DNA of 32,000 nt from Nitrosospira multiformis ATCC 25196 (GTDB lineage: Bacteria; Pseudomonadota; Gammaproteobacteria; Burkholderiales; Nitrosomonadaceae). The stretch lies in assembly GCF_000196355.1 (NCBI RefSeq), contig NC_007614.1:630001-662000 (forward strand). The letters are read 5' to 3'. This document shows, one piece after another, positions 1 to 9,117 of the stretch. Under the pieces are notes generated by a model that saw nothing but the letters and a program-made list of their open reading frames with translations, did no database searches and was not told the DNA's origin. Numbering within the stretch: the first letter of the stretch is position 1; every line of letters starts with the position of its first letter. The position numbers and the translations under genes are program-made.

Positions 1-680
1 TTCGCTCTCAAATAGCTTTGAAGTATTGGATTGCTGTAGTCCCCAAACATCCTTAACAGCTCGGTCTTTAGATAACCTTTAAGTCCCGTTGCTTCAATTC
101 GTTTTCCAATAAAACGTATAATCCAAGGCATCAGCTGATGGTCCTTGCACTCGTCCTCATACAGCTGCCCTAGTTTCCTGGCTTCTTCAATACCCTCCCA
201 GAATTGTGCCGCAGCAATCTTGTTTTGTATGAGCCAGATTGAACATCCAAATTTTCTCTCAATAACATTAAGAATTTCATTGCATTTGCTCTTTGAGTTT
301 CGGAGAAGGGAGCGCTCATATTCTTCGCGGAGATGTGTGAAGTCTTTCAATTCCTCACTAAATTGAAGGCAGCGGCAAACGCCCCAAATAAGCTCGTTAA
401 ACGGCCCAGCGGGTTGATATAGCGCTGGCTTAGAAAATAGCTCTGAGGGTTTAACTGGAAACGCGGGACCGTGAACGAAATCTAGAGCGTTTTTTTGGCG
501 AAAAATTCTTGGAAAGAAGGTGAAGAGCTCATCTACAGATGTTTGTATTTTTAGCTTTGCGATTTCTAAATGCCCTCGCATACGGATAGCACTCGCGATC
601 TCGCCAATAATTCTGTCTTGTCTAGCTGATTGCTTATTTCTTATCTTTTTTGGATTTCTAATCCGCTTTGAGCTAGCCAT
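1..680 (-). CDS. hypothetical protein, 5' end intact, 3' end beyond window edge (226 codons visible)
   Basis: Manual translation of the minus strand. ATG is at 680-678 with an in-frame TAA 21 nt upstream, and the frame stays open to position 1. It is missing from the ORF track because no stop lies in the window. Begins MASSKRIRNPKKIRNKQSARQDRIIGEIASAIRMRGHLEIAKLKIQ... No family recognised and no clear SD. The region is AT-rich relative to the rest. Confidence 0.55.
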   Translation of the reverse strand, partial: MASSKRIRNPKKIRNKQSARQDRIIGEIASAIRMRGHLEIAKLKIQTSVDELFTFFPRIFRQKNALDFVHGPAFPVKPSELFSKPALYQPAGPFNELIWGVCRCLQFSEELKDFTHLREEYERSLLRNSKSKCNEILNVIERKFGCSIWLIQNKIAAAQFWEGIEEARKLGQLYEDECKDHQLMPWIIRFIGKRIEATGLKGYLKTELLRMFGDYSNPILQSYLRA

Positions 681-820
681 GTCTGAGATAAAAGTAGTTT
701 AAATTCTTGATTCAATCTTCCAGATGGGGCATTAGGATACTTTAGAAGGCATTCAAGAAGCCTCAGACGTGTAAACCTTTAACCAGCTTATCGAGAAAAT
801 ATCTAATGCAGAGACACCTC

Positions 821-848
821 CATGGGGTTTTACCCCATTTCTCCGGAC
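821..848. repeat. IS3 element left terminal inverted repeat
   Basis: Matches the reverse complement of 2021-2048 at about 24 of 28 positions with one 1-nt indel. The orfB stop codon (830-832) lies inside it. Confidence 0.8.
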
Positions 849-1699
849 GGTTTGGTTAAGCCTAAATCCTGCTTCTGACGCATTTCCAGCTGTCGCCGTT
901 TTCGCGGATTATGGAATCGCTCGATATAGTCGAAGATATCTGTGCGCGCCTCAGCCCGGGTTCGATACTGGCGACGATATACTCGCTCCCGCTTGAGCAA
1001 GCCAAAGAAGCTCTCTGCTGGCGCGTTGTCGGCACAACTACCGACAGCGCTCATGCTGCAAATCAGATTGTGTCCTTGCAGGAAGCGTTGATACTCGTCA
1101 CTGGTAAACTGACAGCCGCGATCTGAGTGCAGGATGACGGGAGTTTTTGCCTCACGCTGCCAAAGCGCCATGAGTACGGCCTGCAGCACCAGTTGCGGAT
1201 CCTGGCAGTGGCTCATTGACCAGCCGACCACGATGCCCGAGTACAGGTCCACGACCACGCACAGATAAAGCCAGCTTTCCTGAGTGCGCACATAGGTTAT
1301 GTCCGTCACCCACCGGCTGTTGGGCTCACTTGCTGTAAAGTCCCGCTGCAAGTGATTGTGCACATTCTCCGGTCGAAGGCCACAGACCTTCTTGTGCCAG
1401 CGTTTACGCTGCGGGATGCCATACAACCTCTGCTGGCGCATCAGCCGTGCTATGCGGTTCAACCCACACGCCTCGCCTTCATAACGCAACTCCTTCCAGA
1501 CTCGAGGACTGCCCATCACCCCATCGCTGCCATCATGAATCTTCCTGATGCGCTCCAGCAAACGCCGGTCATCATGCGCTCTCTGACTCAAGGGGCGATC
1601 TCGCCAATCATAGTAGCCGCTGGTTGATACATGCAGACAACGACACATCAGGCGAATGGGGAAGGCATCGCGGCAGCGTTCGATCATGCGATATCTCAT
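830..1699 (-). CDS. IS3-family transposase OrfB (DDE/rve integrase domain)
   Basis: 289 aa with DDE context WVTDITYV ... HSDRGCQFTS ... NAPAESFF. It lies in the -1 frame relative to orfA, and that frame is open upstream back to the slippery site. Confidence 0.92.
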   Translation of the reverse strand: MRYRMIERCRDAFPIRLMCRCLHVSTSGYYDWRDRPLSQRAHDDRRLLERIRKIHDGSDGVMGSPRVWKELRYEGEACGLNRIARLMRQQRLYGIPQRKRWHKKVCGLRPENVHNHLQRDFTASEPNSRWVTDITYVRTQESWLYLCVVVDLYSGIVVGWSMSHCQDPQLVLQAVLMALWQREAKTPVILHSDRGCQFTSDEYQRFLQGHNLICSMSAVGSCADNAPAESFFGLLKRERVYRRQYRTRAEARTDIFDYIERFHNPRKRRQLEMRQKQDLGLTKPSGEMG

Positions 1700-1983
1700 T
1701 TCGACGCTTTCGCGAATAACGCCGCCGCTTCTTTTAAAAAATCACGCTCCTTCCTAACTTGGATCAGCTCACGTTTGAGCGCAGCCATCTCCTCATCACG
1801 GGGCCTGCCCTGACCCTGAAAGGCTTTATTACCGACCGAGCCCATTTCCCGGCACCACCGGCTCAGCATATTGGGATCAATCCCCAGATCACGCGCGATC
1901 CGGCTTGCCGGCACATTGCCAGACCGAACTAGTTGTACCGCTTCCTGCTTGAACTCCGCTGCATATTTCCTTCGCGTTGCCAT
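1696..1983 (-). CDS. IS3-family transposase OrfA (helix-turn-helix, leucine-zipper-like C-terminus)
   Basis: 95 aa, MATRRKYAAEFKQEAVQLV...RELIQVRKERDFLKEAAALFAKASK. This is typical IS3 OrfA architecture, and its stop overlaps the orfB ATG. Confidence 0.9.
   Translation of the reverse strand: MATRRKYAAEFKQEAVQLVRSGNVPASRIARDLGIDPNMLSRWCREMGSVGNKAFQGQGRPRDEEMAALKRELIQVRKERDFLKEAAALFAKASK
1735..1741 (-). other. candidate programmed -1 ribosomal frameshift heptamer T TTT TTA (orfA to orfB fusion)
   Basis: Minus strand reads GA T TTT TTA AAA G in the orfA frame (D F L K), the X XXY YYZ phase. After a -1 slip the reading continues ...KRSGGVIRESVEMRYRMIE..., running straight into OrfB with no stop. 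Confidence 0.6.
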
Positions 1984-2020
1984 GACACACCTCCTGACTC
2001 ATTATCAGCCTTTTTAGATG

Positions 2021-2048
2021 TGTCCGTGAAATCGGGGGAAAACCCATG
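2021..2048. repeat. IS3 element right terminal inverted repeat
   Basis: Inverted copy of 821-848, located 38 bp upstream of the orfA start. Confidence 0.8.
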
Positions 2049-2095
2049 TACTTACTGCTCGGCAATTACCATTCCAGTACCATCTGAGATCAATA

Positions 2096-2851
2096 TCACC
2101 CGATCTCTTTCAGTCTTTTCCTCGCCGTCGCATAACCTGGGTACACGCTGCCTACTGTCTCCCAGAACGCCTTCGAATGGTTCATTTCGATGAGGTGGGA
2201 GAGCTCATGCGCGACCACGTAGTCCACCAGATCGAGCGGCTTCTGGACCAGGCGCCAGTTGAGGCGGATGATGCCGCGTGAGTTGCAACTGCCCCAGAGC
2301 GTGCGCGCACTGGAGAGGCGCAATTGCGGCAGGGCCACGCCAAGTTTATTTGCGTAAAGGGCGATGCGTTCGGTAAAGCAGGTCAACGCGTGTTGGCGAT
2401 ACCACTTCATCACGGCGCTTTCGATCTGCTCGGCAGCAACTCCGGCGGACAGGGATAAGCCCGGCTGCTCATCCTTGCTTCTGGCGTTCTCGCTTGCCTG
2501 CATCATCTGTACCGCGCCGGCGGCGGTAACCGTCACCTGCCAGGGTTCTCCGAGCAGGGGAAAGATGGCGCCTTCTTCCCATGCGGGGCGGGTGGGCTTC
2601 CTGTTCTTCCATTCGTCGAGCTTGGTGACGATCCAGTCGGCTCTTTTTTGCAGTACGGATTCGACCCAGCTCAACGATTCCCGCATCGGGATGCGCACGG
2701 TCAAGCCTTCGCTGCTCACTCTCATGCCGATGGTCTTGCGCCTGCAACGCATGAGCGTGTAGGGGACTTCACTGCCGTTCAGGTTTATATGGCGCAGTTC
2801 GTTTGCCGCGAGTTTGCTCGTTTTCGTCCTTTGGAAGGCAATCTTCTTCAC
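2096..2851 (-). CDS. DUF45/YgjP-like M48-family metal-dependent hydrolase
   Basis: 251 aa with HExxH-type motif VAHELSHLIEMNHS near the C-terminus and an N-terminal INLNGSEVPYTLMRCRRKTIGMRV block typical of DUF45. The start is GTG at 2851, and no ATG precedes the conserved block. Confidence 0.8.
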   Translation of the reverse strand: MKKIAFQRTKTSKLAANELRHINLNGSEVPYTLMRCRRKTIGMRVSSEGLTVRIPMRESLSWVESVLQKRADWIVTKLDEWKNRKPTRPAWEEGAIFPLLGEPWQVTVTAAGAVQMMQASENARSKDEQPGLSLSAGVAAEQIESAVMKWYRQHALTCFTERIALYANKLGVALPQLRLSSARTLWGSCNSRGIIRLNWRLVQKPLDLVDYVVAHELSHLIEMNHSKAFWETVGSVYPGYATARKRLKEIG

Positions 2852-3620
2852 GCCGGGGTTCCTCTTGCGTTTGGTCCGGATTGGGGTTTTCGTCCGGATG
2901 CAGGTTATCGATCCGTGCCACCTCTGCTTCTATCCAGGCTTCCACTTTTGCATTGAGTTCGCCCGGTTCCATGTCGCTGGGGTCGATGGGCGCGCCGATA
3001 CTGACCGTGATCGTGCCGGGACGCTTGATGAAGGCGTTCTTGCCCCAGAAGCGGCCCGCATTGTGCGCCACCGGTATGACCGGTGCGCCGGTATGGGTGC
3101 CGAGCCAGGCGCCGCCAATGCCGTATTTGCCCCTTTTGCCGGGGGCGATGCGGGTGCCTTCCGGAAAAATGACGATGCAGAATCCCTGCCTGAGCCGGTC
3201 TTTTCCCTGCTCGACGATCTGTTTCAGCGCCGCTTTTCTCGAACTGCGATCAATCGCGATGGGGTTGGTCATCGCCAGTCCCCAGCCGAAAAACGGGACC
3301 AGCAGCAACTCTTTTTTCAGCACCCACACTTGCGGAGGAAAGATCTGCTGGAAGGCGATCGTTTCCCATGCCGATTGGTGCTTCGACAGAATGATGCTCG
3401 GTGTAGGGAGAATATTTTCCTTTCCCAGGACGCGATAGCGGATGCCGCAGACTGCTGTCAGCAGAAACAGCATCAGGTGCGCCCAGCCGGAGGTGATGCG
3501 ATAGCGGTTGAGGCGCGAAAGTGGGAAGGCGGCAAAGACGATCAGGAAGTAGAAAGGGGTGATGATGAGCTGCAGCAGCGCGTAGAGCGTCGAGCGCAGC
3601 ACGACCGGAATCCAGTTCAT
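2769..3620 (-). CDS. plsC: 1-acyl-sn-glycerol-3-phosphate acyltransferase
   Basis: 283 aa with acyltransferase motifs KHQSAWE (Hx4D/E) and FPEGTR. N-terminal membrane helices are present. The ATG overlaps the gmhB stop (ATGA). The C-terminal tail is acidic and low-complexity. Confidence 0.9.
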   Translation of the reverse strand: MNWIPVVLRSTLYALLQLIITPFYFLIVFAAFPLSRLNRYRITSGWAHLMLFLLTAVCGIRYRVLGKENILPTPSIILSKHQSAWETIAFQQIFPPQVWVLKKELLLVPFFGWGLAMTNPIAIDRSSRKAALKQIVEQGKDRLRQGFCIVIFPEGTRIAPGKRGKYGIGGAWLGTHTGAPVIPVAHNAGRFWGKNAFIKRPGTITVSIGAPIDPSDMEPGELNAKVEAWIEAEVARIDNLHPDENPNPDQTQEEPRREEDCLPKDENEQTRGKRTAPYKPERQ

Positions 3621-4150
3621 TGCGTCAGGGCATTGACCGCCGCCGAGAGATCGGCGAATATTTTTGTGTTTTCGGGCAGGTCATCCTCGGCTTCGGTCTT
3701 TTTTCCTTTGCCGGTCAGCACCAGGACGGGAAGCGCGCCGACGGCAGCTGCGCACTGCAAATCACGCAGGGAATCGCCGATCGCAGGCACACCTTTCAAG
3801 TCCAGCCCGAAACGTTCTGAAATTTCCTTGAACATCCCCGTAGCGGGCTTGCGGCAATCGCAGTTGTCGGTGTGGGCATGGGGGCAGAAAAATATCGCAT
3901 CGATGCGTCCTCCTGCCTGGACCGCGGCTTTGCACATCTTGTCATTGATGGCATTGAATGACACCATGTCCAGCAAACCTCTGCCAATGCCCGACTGGTT
4001 GGTGGCGACCACCACCCGATAGCCCGCCTGCGTAAGGTGCGCGATTGCTTCAAGACTGCGGGGAATCGGCTTCCATTCGTCCGGCGTCTTGATAAAGGCG
4101 GCACTGTCGTAATTGATGACGCCGTCCCGGTCGAGAATGACGAGTTTCAT
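3617..4150 (-). CDS. gmhB: D-glycero-beta-D-manno-heptose 1,7-bisphosphate 7-phosphatase (HAD family)
   Basis: 177 aa with HAD motif I ILDRDGVIN, zinc-site signature FFCPHAHTDNCDCRKP, and GDSLRD. Confidence 0.9.
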   Translation of the reverse strand: MKLVILDRDGVINYDSAAFIKTPDEWKPIPRSLEAIAHLTQAGYRVVVATNQSGIGRGLLDMVSFNAINDKMCKAAVQAGGRIDAIFFCPHAHTDNCDCRKPATGMFKEISERFGLDLKGVPAIGDSLRDLQCAAAVGALPVLVLTGKGKKTEAEDDLPENTKIFADLSAAVNALTQ

Positions 4151-4165
4151 GATCGGTTGCCGGTA

Positions 4166-6415
4166 TCAGAGCGCCAGCCGGGAAATATCCGCAATCCGGT
4201 TCATTATCTTCTGCATTTGCGCAAGCAGGGCCAGGCGGTTATGGCGCAGCGCAGCATCCTCCGTATTCACCATTACTGTATCGAAAAACTGGTCCACCGG
4301 AACTTTCAGTGCAGCCAGCGCCTGCAGCGAAGCGGTATAGTCGCCGGCAGCAAAGGCTGCATCGGCTTCCGGTATTATACGGTCTAATGCCTGGTGCAGC
4401 GCCTGTTCCGCAGGGGTCTGCAACAAGTCGGTGTCGATTTCCCCGCCTGCGTCGACTTCCGCTTTTCTGAGAATGTTGCCCACCCGCTTATTGGTCGCTG
4501 CAAGACTTTCGGCTTCCGGCAGGGCGGCGAAAGCACGCACGGCGAGCAGGCGTTTTTTGACATCATTCAGCAACTGGGGGCGCAGGGCGAGTACCGCGTC
4601 GATCTGCTGCGGGGAAAAAGTTGACCGGTCCTCGTTAGGGGATCTGCCAAAGCCCGTTATCTGCCCCTCGATGGCTTCGGCACTGAAATAGTGCTTCAGC
4701 CGTTCGTAAATGAAACCCTCTAAAGTTTCAGTGGCGGTTTTAGCTATGGTTTCAGCTGAGCCTTTGATTCTTTGTCCAAAAATGTCCGCCGTCTGCTCGA
4801 GCAGGATGTTCAGCGCCAGAGGCACTTCCTTTTCGATCAATATGCGGATTACACCCAGCGCGTGACGGCGCAACGCGAAGGGATCTTTGTCTCCAGTGGG
4901 TATCTGGCCAATGCCGAACAGGCCGACCAGTGTTTCGAGCTTGTCGGCGAGCGCAACGCATACGCCAACCGCATTGCGCGGTAATTCATCCCCTGCAAAG
5001 CGCGGCTTGTAGTGGTCTTCGATCGCGTCGGCGACCTCTTCTGCCACGCCGTCATGCTTTGCATAATAGCGTCCCATGATGCCCTGCAACTCCGGGAACT
5101 CGCCAACCATGTCGGTGAGCAGATCCGCTTTGGCGAGCATGGCTGCTTCGCCCGCCCTGGCTGCGAGTTCATTGCCGCCAAGCTGTAAGCCGATGGTTTG
5201 TGCAATGGCCCAGATCCTTTCCACCCGTTCCGCCTGCGTACCCAGCTTGTTGTGGTATACCACCCGCTGCAGGCCTTCCACTCGCGAGGCCAGTGTCTTC
5301 CTGCGATCCTGGTCGAAAAAGAATTTTGCGTCCGCCAGGCGCGAGCGCAGTACGCGTTCGTTCCCCGCAATCACTGAGCGCGCATCCACCGGGCGGATAT
5401 TGGATACGATCAGGAACCGGTGCGAGAGTTGGCCGCGCGCATCGAGCAGAGGGAAATACTTCTGATTGGCCTGCATCGTCAGAATCAGGCACTCCTGGGG
5501 CACATCCAGGAATCCCGTTTCAAATTCACCCGTCAGTACCCTGGGACGTTCCACCAGCGCGGCAACTTCATCCAGCAGGGCATCATACCGGGTCAATTTG
5601 AGATCTTCTTTGCGGGCGGCGGCCAGCAACTGGCGCTCGATTTCCGCGCGACGATGGGAGAAGCTTGCAATCACCGCCCCTTCTTCTTGTAACTGATGCT
5701 CGTAACTGTCCGCATCTTTCACGATCAGGGGACTCGTCATCGCTTCGAAACGGTGTCCTTGCGTTTCACGCCCCGCTGTCAGGCCCAATATGGATACATC
5801 CACGACTTCTTTCCCATGCAGGGCAACGAGCGCATGCGCCGGGCGGACGAAATTGATGGTATTCCAGCCGTCCGCGAGTTGATATGTCATCATTCTGGCA
5901 ATAGGCAATTTCTCCAGCGTTCCGGCCAGCGCTGTCTGGAGGCCTTCCGCCAGCGTCGCTCCCTTCACTACGCTGTCCAGAAACAGCGTTTCTGTTTTTC
6001 CATCGTGGGCGCGTTTGAGCTGAGAGAGGAATGGGACAGGATCAGCATCGCCGCAAAGACTGCGCAGCTTCTTGAGCAGGGCAGGGGTGGGCTGGCCATT
6101 TTCATCCAGACCCACTGCTACCGGCATCAGTTTTTTCAGGGAGGATGTGTCCGGCGCCTGTGCTGCTACACATGTGAGATGTACGGCAAGGCGTCGCGGA
6201 GAGGCAAAAGGGGTGGCGGCCGCATCTTCCCGCGCCAAGCCCTGTCTTTTCAGACCCGCGGCTATTCCCTGCGCGAAACTTTCACCCAGTTTCTTCAGCG
6301 ACTTGGGGGGCAGTTCCTCTACCAGCAGTTCAACCAGAAGATTTCGGGTTGCCAAACCTTGGGTTGCTTGCGTTGCCTCAGTCAAGCGGCTTTCTCCAGC
6401 AATTCCTGCGTCCAT
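4166..6415 (-). CDS. glyS: glycine--tRNA ligase beta subunit
   Basis: The maximal ORF is 749 aa and carries the conserved N-terminal [14 protein letters not shown]. The true start may be TTG at 6385 (TTGA overlap with the glyQ stop) or TTG at 6355, which gives [10 protein letters not shown] and best matches the usual GlyS N-terminal length. Confidence 0.93.
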   Translation of the reverse strand: MDAGIAGESRLTEATQATQGLATRNLLVELLVEELPPKSLKKLGESFAQGIAAGLKRQGLAREDAAATPFASPRRLAVHLTCVAAQAPDTSSLKKLMPVAVGLDENGQPTPALLKKLRSLCGDADPVPFLSQLKRAHDGKTETLFLDSVVKGATLAEGLQTALAGTLEKLPIARMMTYQLADGWNTINFVRPAHALVALHGKEVVDVSILGLTAGRETQGHRFEAMTSPLIVKDADSYEHQLQEEGAVIASFSHRRAEIERQLLAAARKEDLKLTRYDALLDEVAALVERPRVLTGEFETGFLDVPQECLILTMQANQKYFPLLDARGQLSHRFLIVSNIRPVDARSVIAGNERVLRSRLADAKFFFDQDRRKTLASRVEGLQRVVYHNKLGTQAERVERIWAIAQTIGLQLGGNELAARAGEAAMLAKADLLTDMVGEFPELQGIMGRYYAKHDGVAEEVADAIEDHYKPRFAGDELPRNAVGVCVALADKLETLVGLFGIGQIPTGDKDPFALRRHALGVIRILIEKEVPLALNILLEQTADIFGQRIKGSAETIAKTATETLEGFIYERLKHYFSAEAIEGQITGFGRSPNEDRSTFSPQQIDAVLALRPQLLNDVKKRLLAVRAFAALPEAESLAATNKRVGNILRKAEVDAGGEIDTDLLQTPAEQALHQALDRIIPEADAAFAAGDYTASLQALAALKVPVDQFFDTVMVNTEDAALRHNRLALLAQMQKIMNRIADISRLAL

Positions 6416-7287
6416 TCCACCGGCGCCAGGGGAAAGCCCAGGCGCTTGCGGCTTTCGTAATAGGCGTGCGCCACGCTGCGTGCGAGTTCCCGGATGCGCC
6501 CGATATAGGCGGCGCGCTCCGTGACCGAGATCGCGCCGCGCGCATCGAGAAGATTGAAAGTGTGTGCAGCTTTCAGCACTTGCTCATAAGCCGGCAAAGG
6601 GAGTCCCTGCTCCACCAGATGGCGGGCTTGTGCCTCATGGCTTGCAAAGGCTTGGAACAGGAAATCCAGGTCACTGTGCCCGAAATTATAGAAGGATTGC
6701 TCGACCTCGTTCTGATGATAGACATCGCGATAGGAAAGCCCCTTTGTCCAGGTAAGGTCAAAAACGTTGTCCACGCCTTGCAAGTACATTGCCAGCCGCT
6801 CCAGGCCATAAGTGATTTCACCTGTAATGGGCTTGCAGTTCATGCCGCCCACCTGCTGGAAATAGGTAAACTGGGTCACCTCCATGCCGTTCAGCCACAC
6901 TTCCCAGCCCAGTCCCCAGGCGCCGAGAGTGGGATTTTCCCAGTCATCCTCGACGAAACGTATATCGTTCTGCCGGAGATCGAAACCGAGTTCTTCGAGC
7001 GAGCCGAGGTACAGTTCAAGAATGTCCGAGGGGGCGGGTTTCAGCACCGCCTGAAACTGGTAATAGTGTTGCAACCTGTTGGGATTCTCGCCATAACGCC
7101 CGTCTTTCGGGCGACGGGTGGGCTGCACGTACGCCGCTTTCCACGGCTCGGGGCCGAGCGCGCGCAGGAATGTGGCAGTGTGGGATGTTCCCGCGCCAAC
7201 TTCCATATCATACGGTTGAAGCAGCGCGCAGCCCTGCCTGGTCCAGTAGTGTTGCAGGGCGAGAATGATTTCCTGAAATGTGCGCAT
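6382..7287 (-). CDS. glyQ: glycine--tRNA ligase alpha subunit
   Basis: Trimmed to ATG at 7287, giving [15 protein letters not shown], the canonical GlyQ N-terminus (301 aa). The 51 upstream codons in the track ORF overlap lnt and look non-coding. Confidence 0.93.
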   Translation of the reverse strand: MRTFQEIILALQHYWTRQGCALLQPYDMEVGAGTSHTATFLRALGPEPWKAAYVQPTRRPKDGRYGENPNRLQHYYQFQAVLKPAPSDILELYLGSLEELGFDLRQNDIRFVEDDWENPTLGAWGLGWEVWLNGMEVTQFTYFQQVGGMNCKPITGEITYGLERLAMYLQGVDNVFDLTWTKGLSYRDVYHQNEVEQSFYNFGHSDLDFLFQAFASHEAQARHLVEQGLPLPAYEQVLKAAHTFNLLDARGAISVTERAAYIGRIRELARSVAHAYYESRKRLGFPLAPVEWTQELLEKAA

Positions 7288-7376
7288 GTAAGATTCTGAG
7301 CCGGACCGTAATTGACAAAAAGGCGCAAAAGCAAGAGGCAGCAAGAGACGCCATAAAATTGGGCGAGAATGCGATT

Positions 7377-8879
7377 TTACCGTTTTTTGCGGGTTTCGCG
7401 AAAAGCGGATAACACGGCAAGTCCCAGCAATATTCCGCAAAGCCCGAGAATCAGGCTGTTGCCGAACCGCACATAGGGTGTGGCCCCGGCAAACCCCTGC
7501 GCCGTGCCATGCAAGGCGGTGGTGGTGAATATTTCCGCCTCCTGCAACACTCTCCCGCGCTCATTGATGATTGCCGTGACCCCTGTATTGGTTGCCCGCA
7601 CCATGTAGCGTCCTGTTTCAAGGGCCCGCATCTGGGATATCTGCAAGTGCTGCCGGGGCCCGATGGAGCGGCCAAACCAGGCATCGTTGCTGACATTGGC
7701 GAGCAGGGTGGCTTGCGGCAGCTGCTGGATGATCTCTTCGCCGAACACGTCCTCATAGCAGATATTCACCGCGACCCGCTGCCCCGCGATATTCATGGGC
7801 TGCTGGCCAAGTGCGCCCCGTGAAAAATCGGATAACGGAATTTTCAGGACGTTGATGATCCACCCGAACACGGGCTTCAATGGAATGAATTCGCCAAACG
7901 GCACAAGGTGATACTTGCGGTAGCTCTGTTCCGGGGAAGTGCCGAAGCTGAACATGGAATTATAGTATTCGCTGCGGCCACCCGCTGCTTCCACCAAGCC
8001 AACCAGAACGTCGCCATTATTCCGCTTTGCATGGGCGGCCAGGTGGGCAAGATAAACGGGCGATACTTCGTTGCGGTAGAGCGGGATCGAAATTTCGGGT
8101 GTGATGATCAGGCGGCTGTCGCTTTGCAGTACAAGCCGGGCGTAGTTTTCCATGGAACTGATGAGCTGGTCCTCACGCCACTTCATATCCTGCGGAATGT
8201 TCCCCTGCAGCAGGCTTACGGTCACCGGTTCGCCTTCCGGTTCAGTCCAGTGAATCTGCTGAAGGCCCTCACCGGCAAGCCAGAGCGTCAGCAGGGGTAA
8301 GAAATGGAGAGGTTTGCGAAATTCCTTTCGAACGAGCAAACACAGCAGCGCAGCACTCAGCACCACCAGCAGCGAAATGCCGTATACGCCGATAATGGGT
8401 GCGAAACCGGCCAGGGGACTGAGGGGAGCCTGGGAGTAACCCAGGGTCAACCATGGAAAACCGGTAAACAATACGCTGCGCAGCCAGTCGGACAAGGCCC
8501 ACAGCGCTCCCGCAGTCAGCGCCCATACGATAGGGGACGCAATATCCAGTTTTCTCAAAGTCCAGCCTGTCATTGCCGGAAACAGCGCGAGGTAGCTGCA
8601 CAGAAAAATGAGCGCAAGCACGGCAACCGGCATCGGCATTGCGCCGAAATCATGCAGGGAAATATACAGCCAGGTGACACCCGCACTGAACATTCCCATG
8701 CCGAACGAGAAGCCCAGCAATCCGGCTGTGCGAGGTCGCGCGCTGTTGCGCCAGAAATGGCACAACAGCGCGAGGGTCGCAAGCGGGATCGGAAAAAGAT
8801 AAAACGGCGCAAAACCGGGAACGGTAAGTGCGCCGAGCAGAAAACAGACCAGTAATTCCGAACGGATTATTTTATTCAA
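7377..8879 (-). CDS. lnt: apolipoprotein N-acyltransferase
   Basis: 500 aa with multiple N-terminal TM helices and a C-terminal CN-hydrolase domain (...[14 protein letters not shown]...). The start is TTG. Confidence 0.9.
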   Translation of the reverse strand: MNKIIRSELLVCFLLGALTVPGFAPFYLFPIPLATLALLCHFWRNSARPRTAGLLGFSFGMGMFSAGVTWLYISLHDFGAMPMPVAVLALIFLCSYLALFPAMTGWTLRKLDIASPIVWALTAGALWALSDWLRSVLFTGFPWLTLGYSQAPLSPLAGFAPIIGVYGISLLVVLSAALLCLLVRKEFRKPLHFLPLLTLWLAGEGLQQIHWTEPEGEPVTVSLLQGNIPQDMKWREDQLISSMENYARLVLQSDSRLIITPEISIPLYRNEVSPVYLAHLAAHAKRNNGDVLVGLVEAAGGRSEYYNSMFSFGTSPEQSYRKYHLVPFGEFIPLKPVFGWIINVLKIPLSDFSRGALGQQPMNIAGQRVAVNICYEDVFGEEIIQQLPQATLLANVSNDAWFGRSIGPRQHLQISQMRALETGRYMVRATNTGVTAIINERGRVLQEAEIFTTTALHGTAQGFAGATPYVRFGNSLILGLCGILLGLAVLSAFRETRKKR

Positions 8880-9117
8880 TGTGCGTCAATGATTCGCCCT
8901 GGCGCGCTAGTGCGTCCCTCTGCGCTATCTCTTCTTCGGAGCCGAATGACAGAAAACCATTTTCAGATCAACTCCCCCGGATCTGATCTTCGTAACCGTT
9001 TGCTTGAGAAGATACCATACAAGCTTCATACGAAGAGAAGTGCCGATAATCAGTAACAGGGCGTGCCGAGCTCCCATGGCGGTGAGCGCGTGTTTATCCC
9101 GCAAAAAGACGCCAAAA

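Larger units (their letters stand above)
821..2048 (-). mobile_element. IS3-family insertion sequence, apparently complete (orfA/orfB, imperfect terminal inverted repeats)
   Basis: Two overlapping transposase ORFs in 0/-1 frames are flanked by ~28-bp inverted repeats. Left is catggggttttaccccatttctccggac (821-848). Reverse complement of the right (2021-2048) is catgggttttcccccgatttcacggaca. Canonical TG...CA termini fall at 823 and 2046. Confidence 0.9.

Noticed and set aside
950-970. GGTTCGAT-like string reminiscent of a tRNA T-arm
   Set aside because: It lies inside IS3 orfB with no surrounding cloverleaf. I found no convincing tRNA, rRNA, tmRNA or CRISPR repeat array anywhere in the window.
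2814-4022. 402-aa plus-strand ORF spanning plsC and gmhB. Similar long antisense ORFs occur at 5696-6460, 6349-7299, 11227-11952, 14060-14983, 17633-18349, 23986-24906 and 26020-26616.
   Set aside because: Each lies entirely opposite a gene with strong family motifs. Their translations are Arg/Ala/Gly/Pro-rich with no recognisable motifs and no RBS. These are typical shadow ORFs of moderately GC-rich coding DNA.
7288-7440. 51-codon N-terminal extension of glyQ in the track ORF
   Set aside because: The extension overlaps the lnt 3' end and has no similarity to GlyQ. The canonical N-terminus [15 protein letters not shown] begins at the ATG at 7287.
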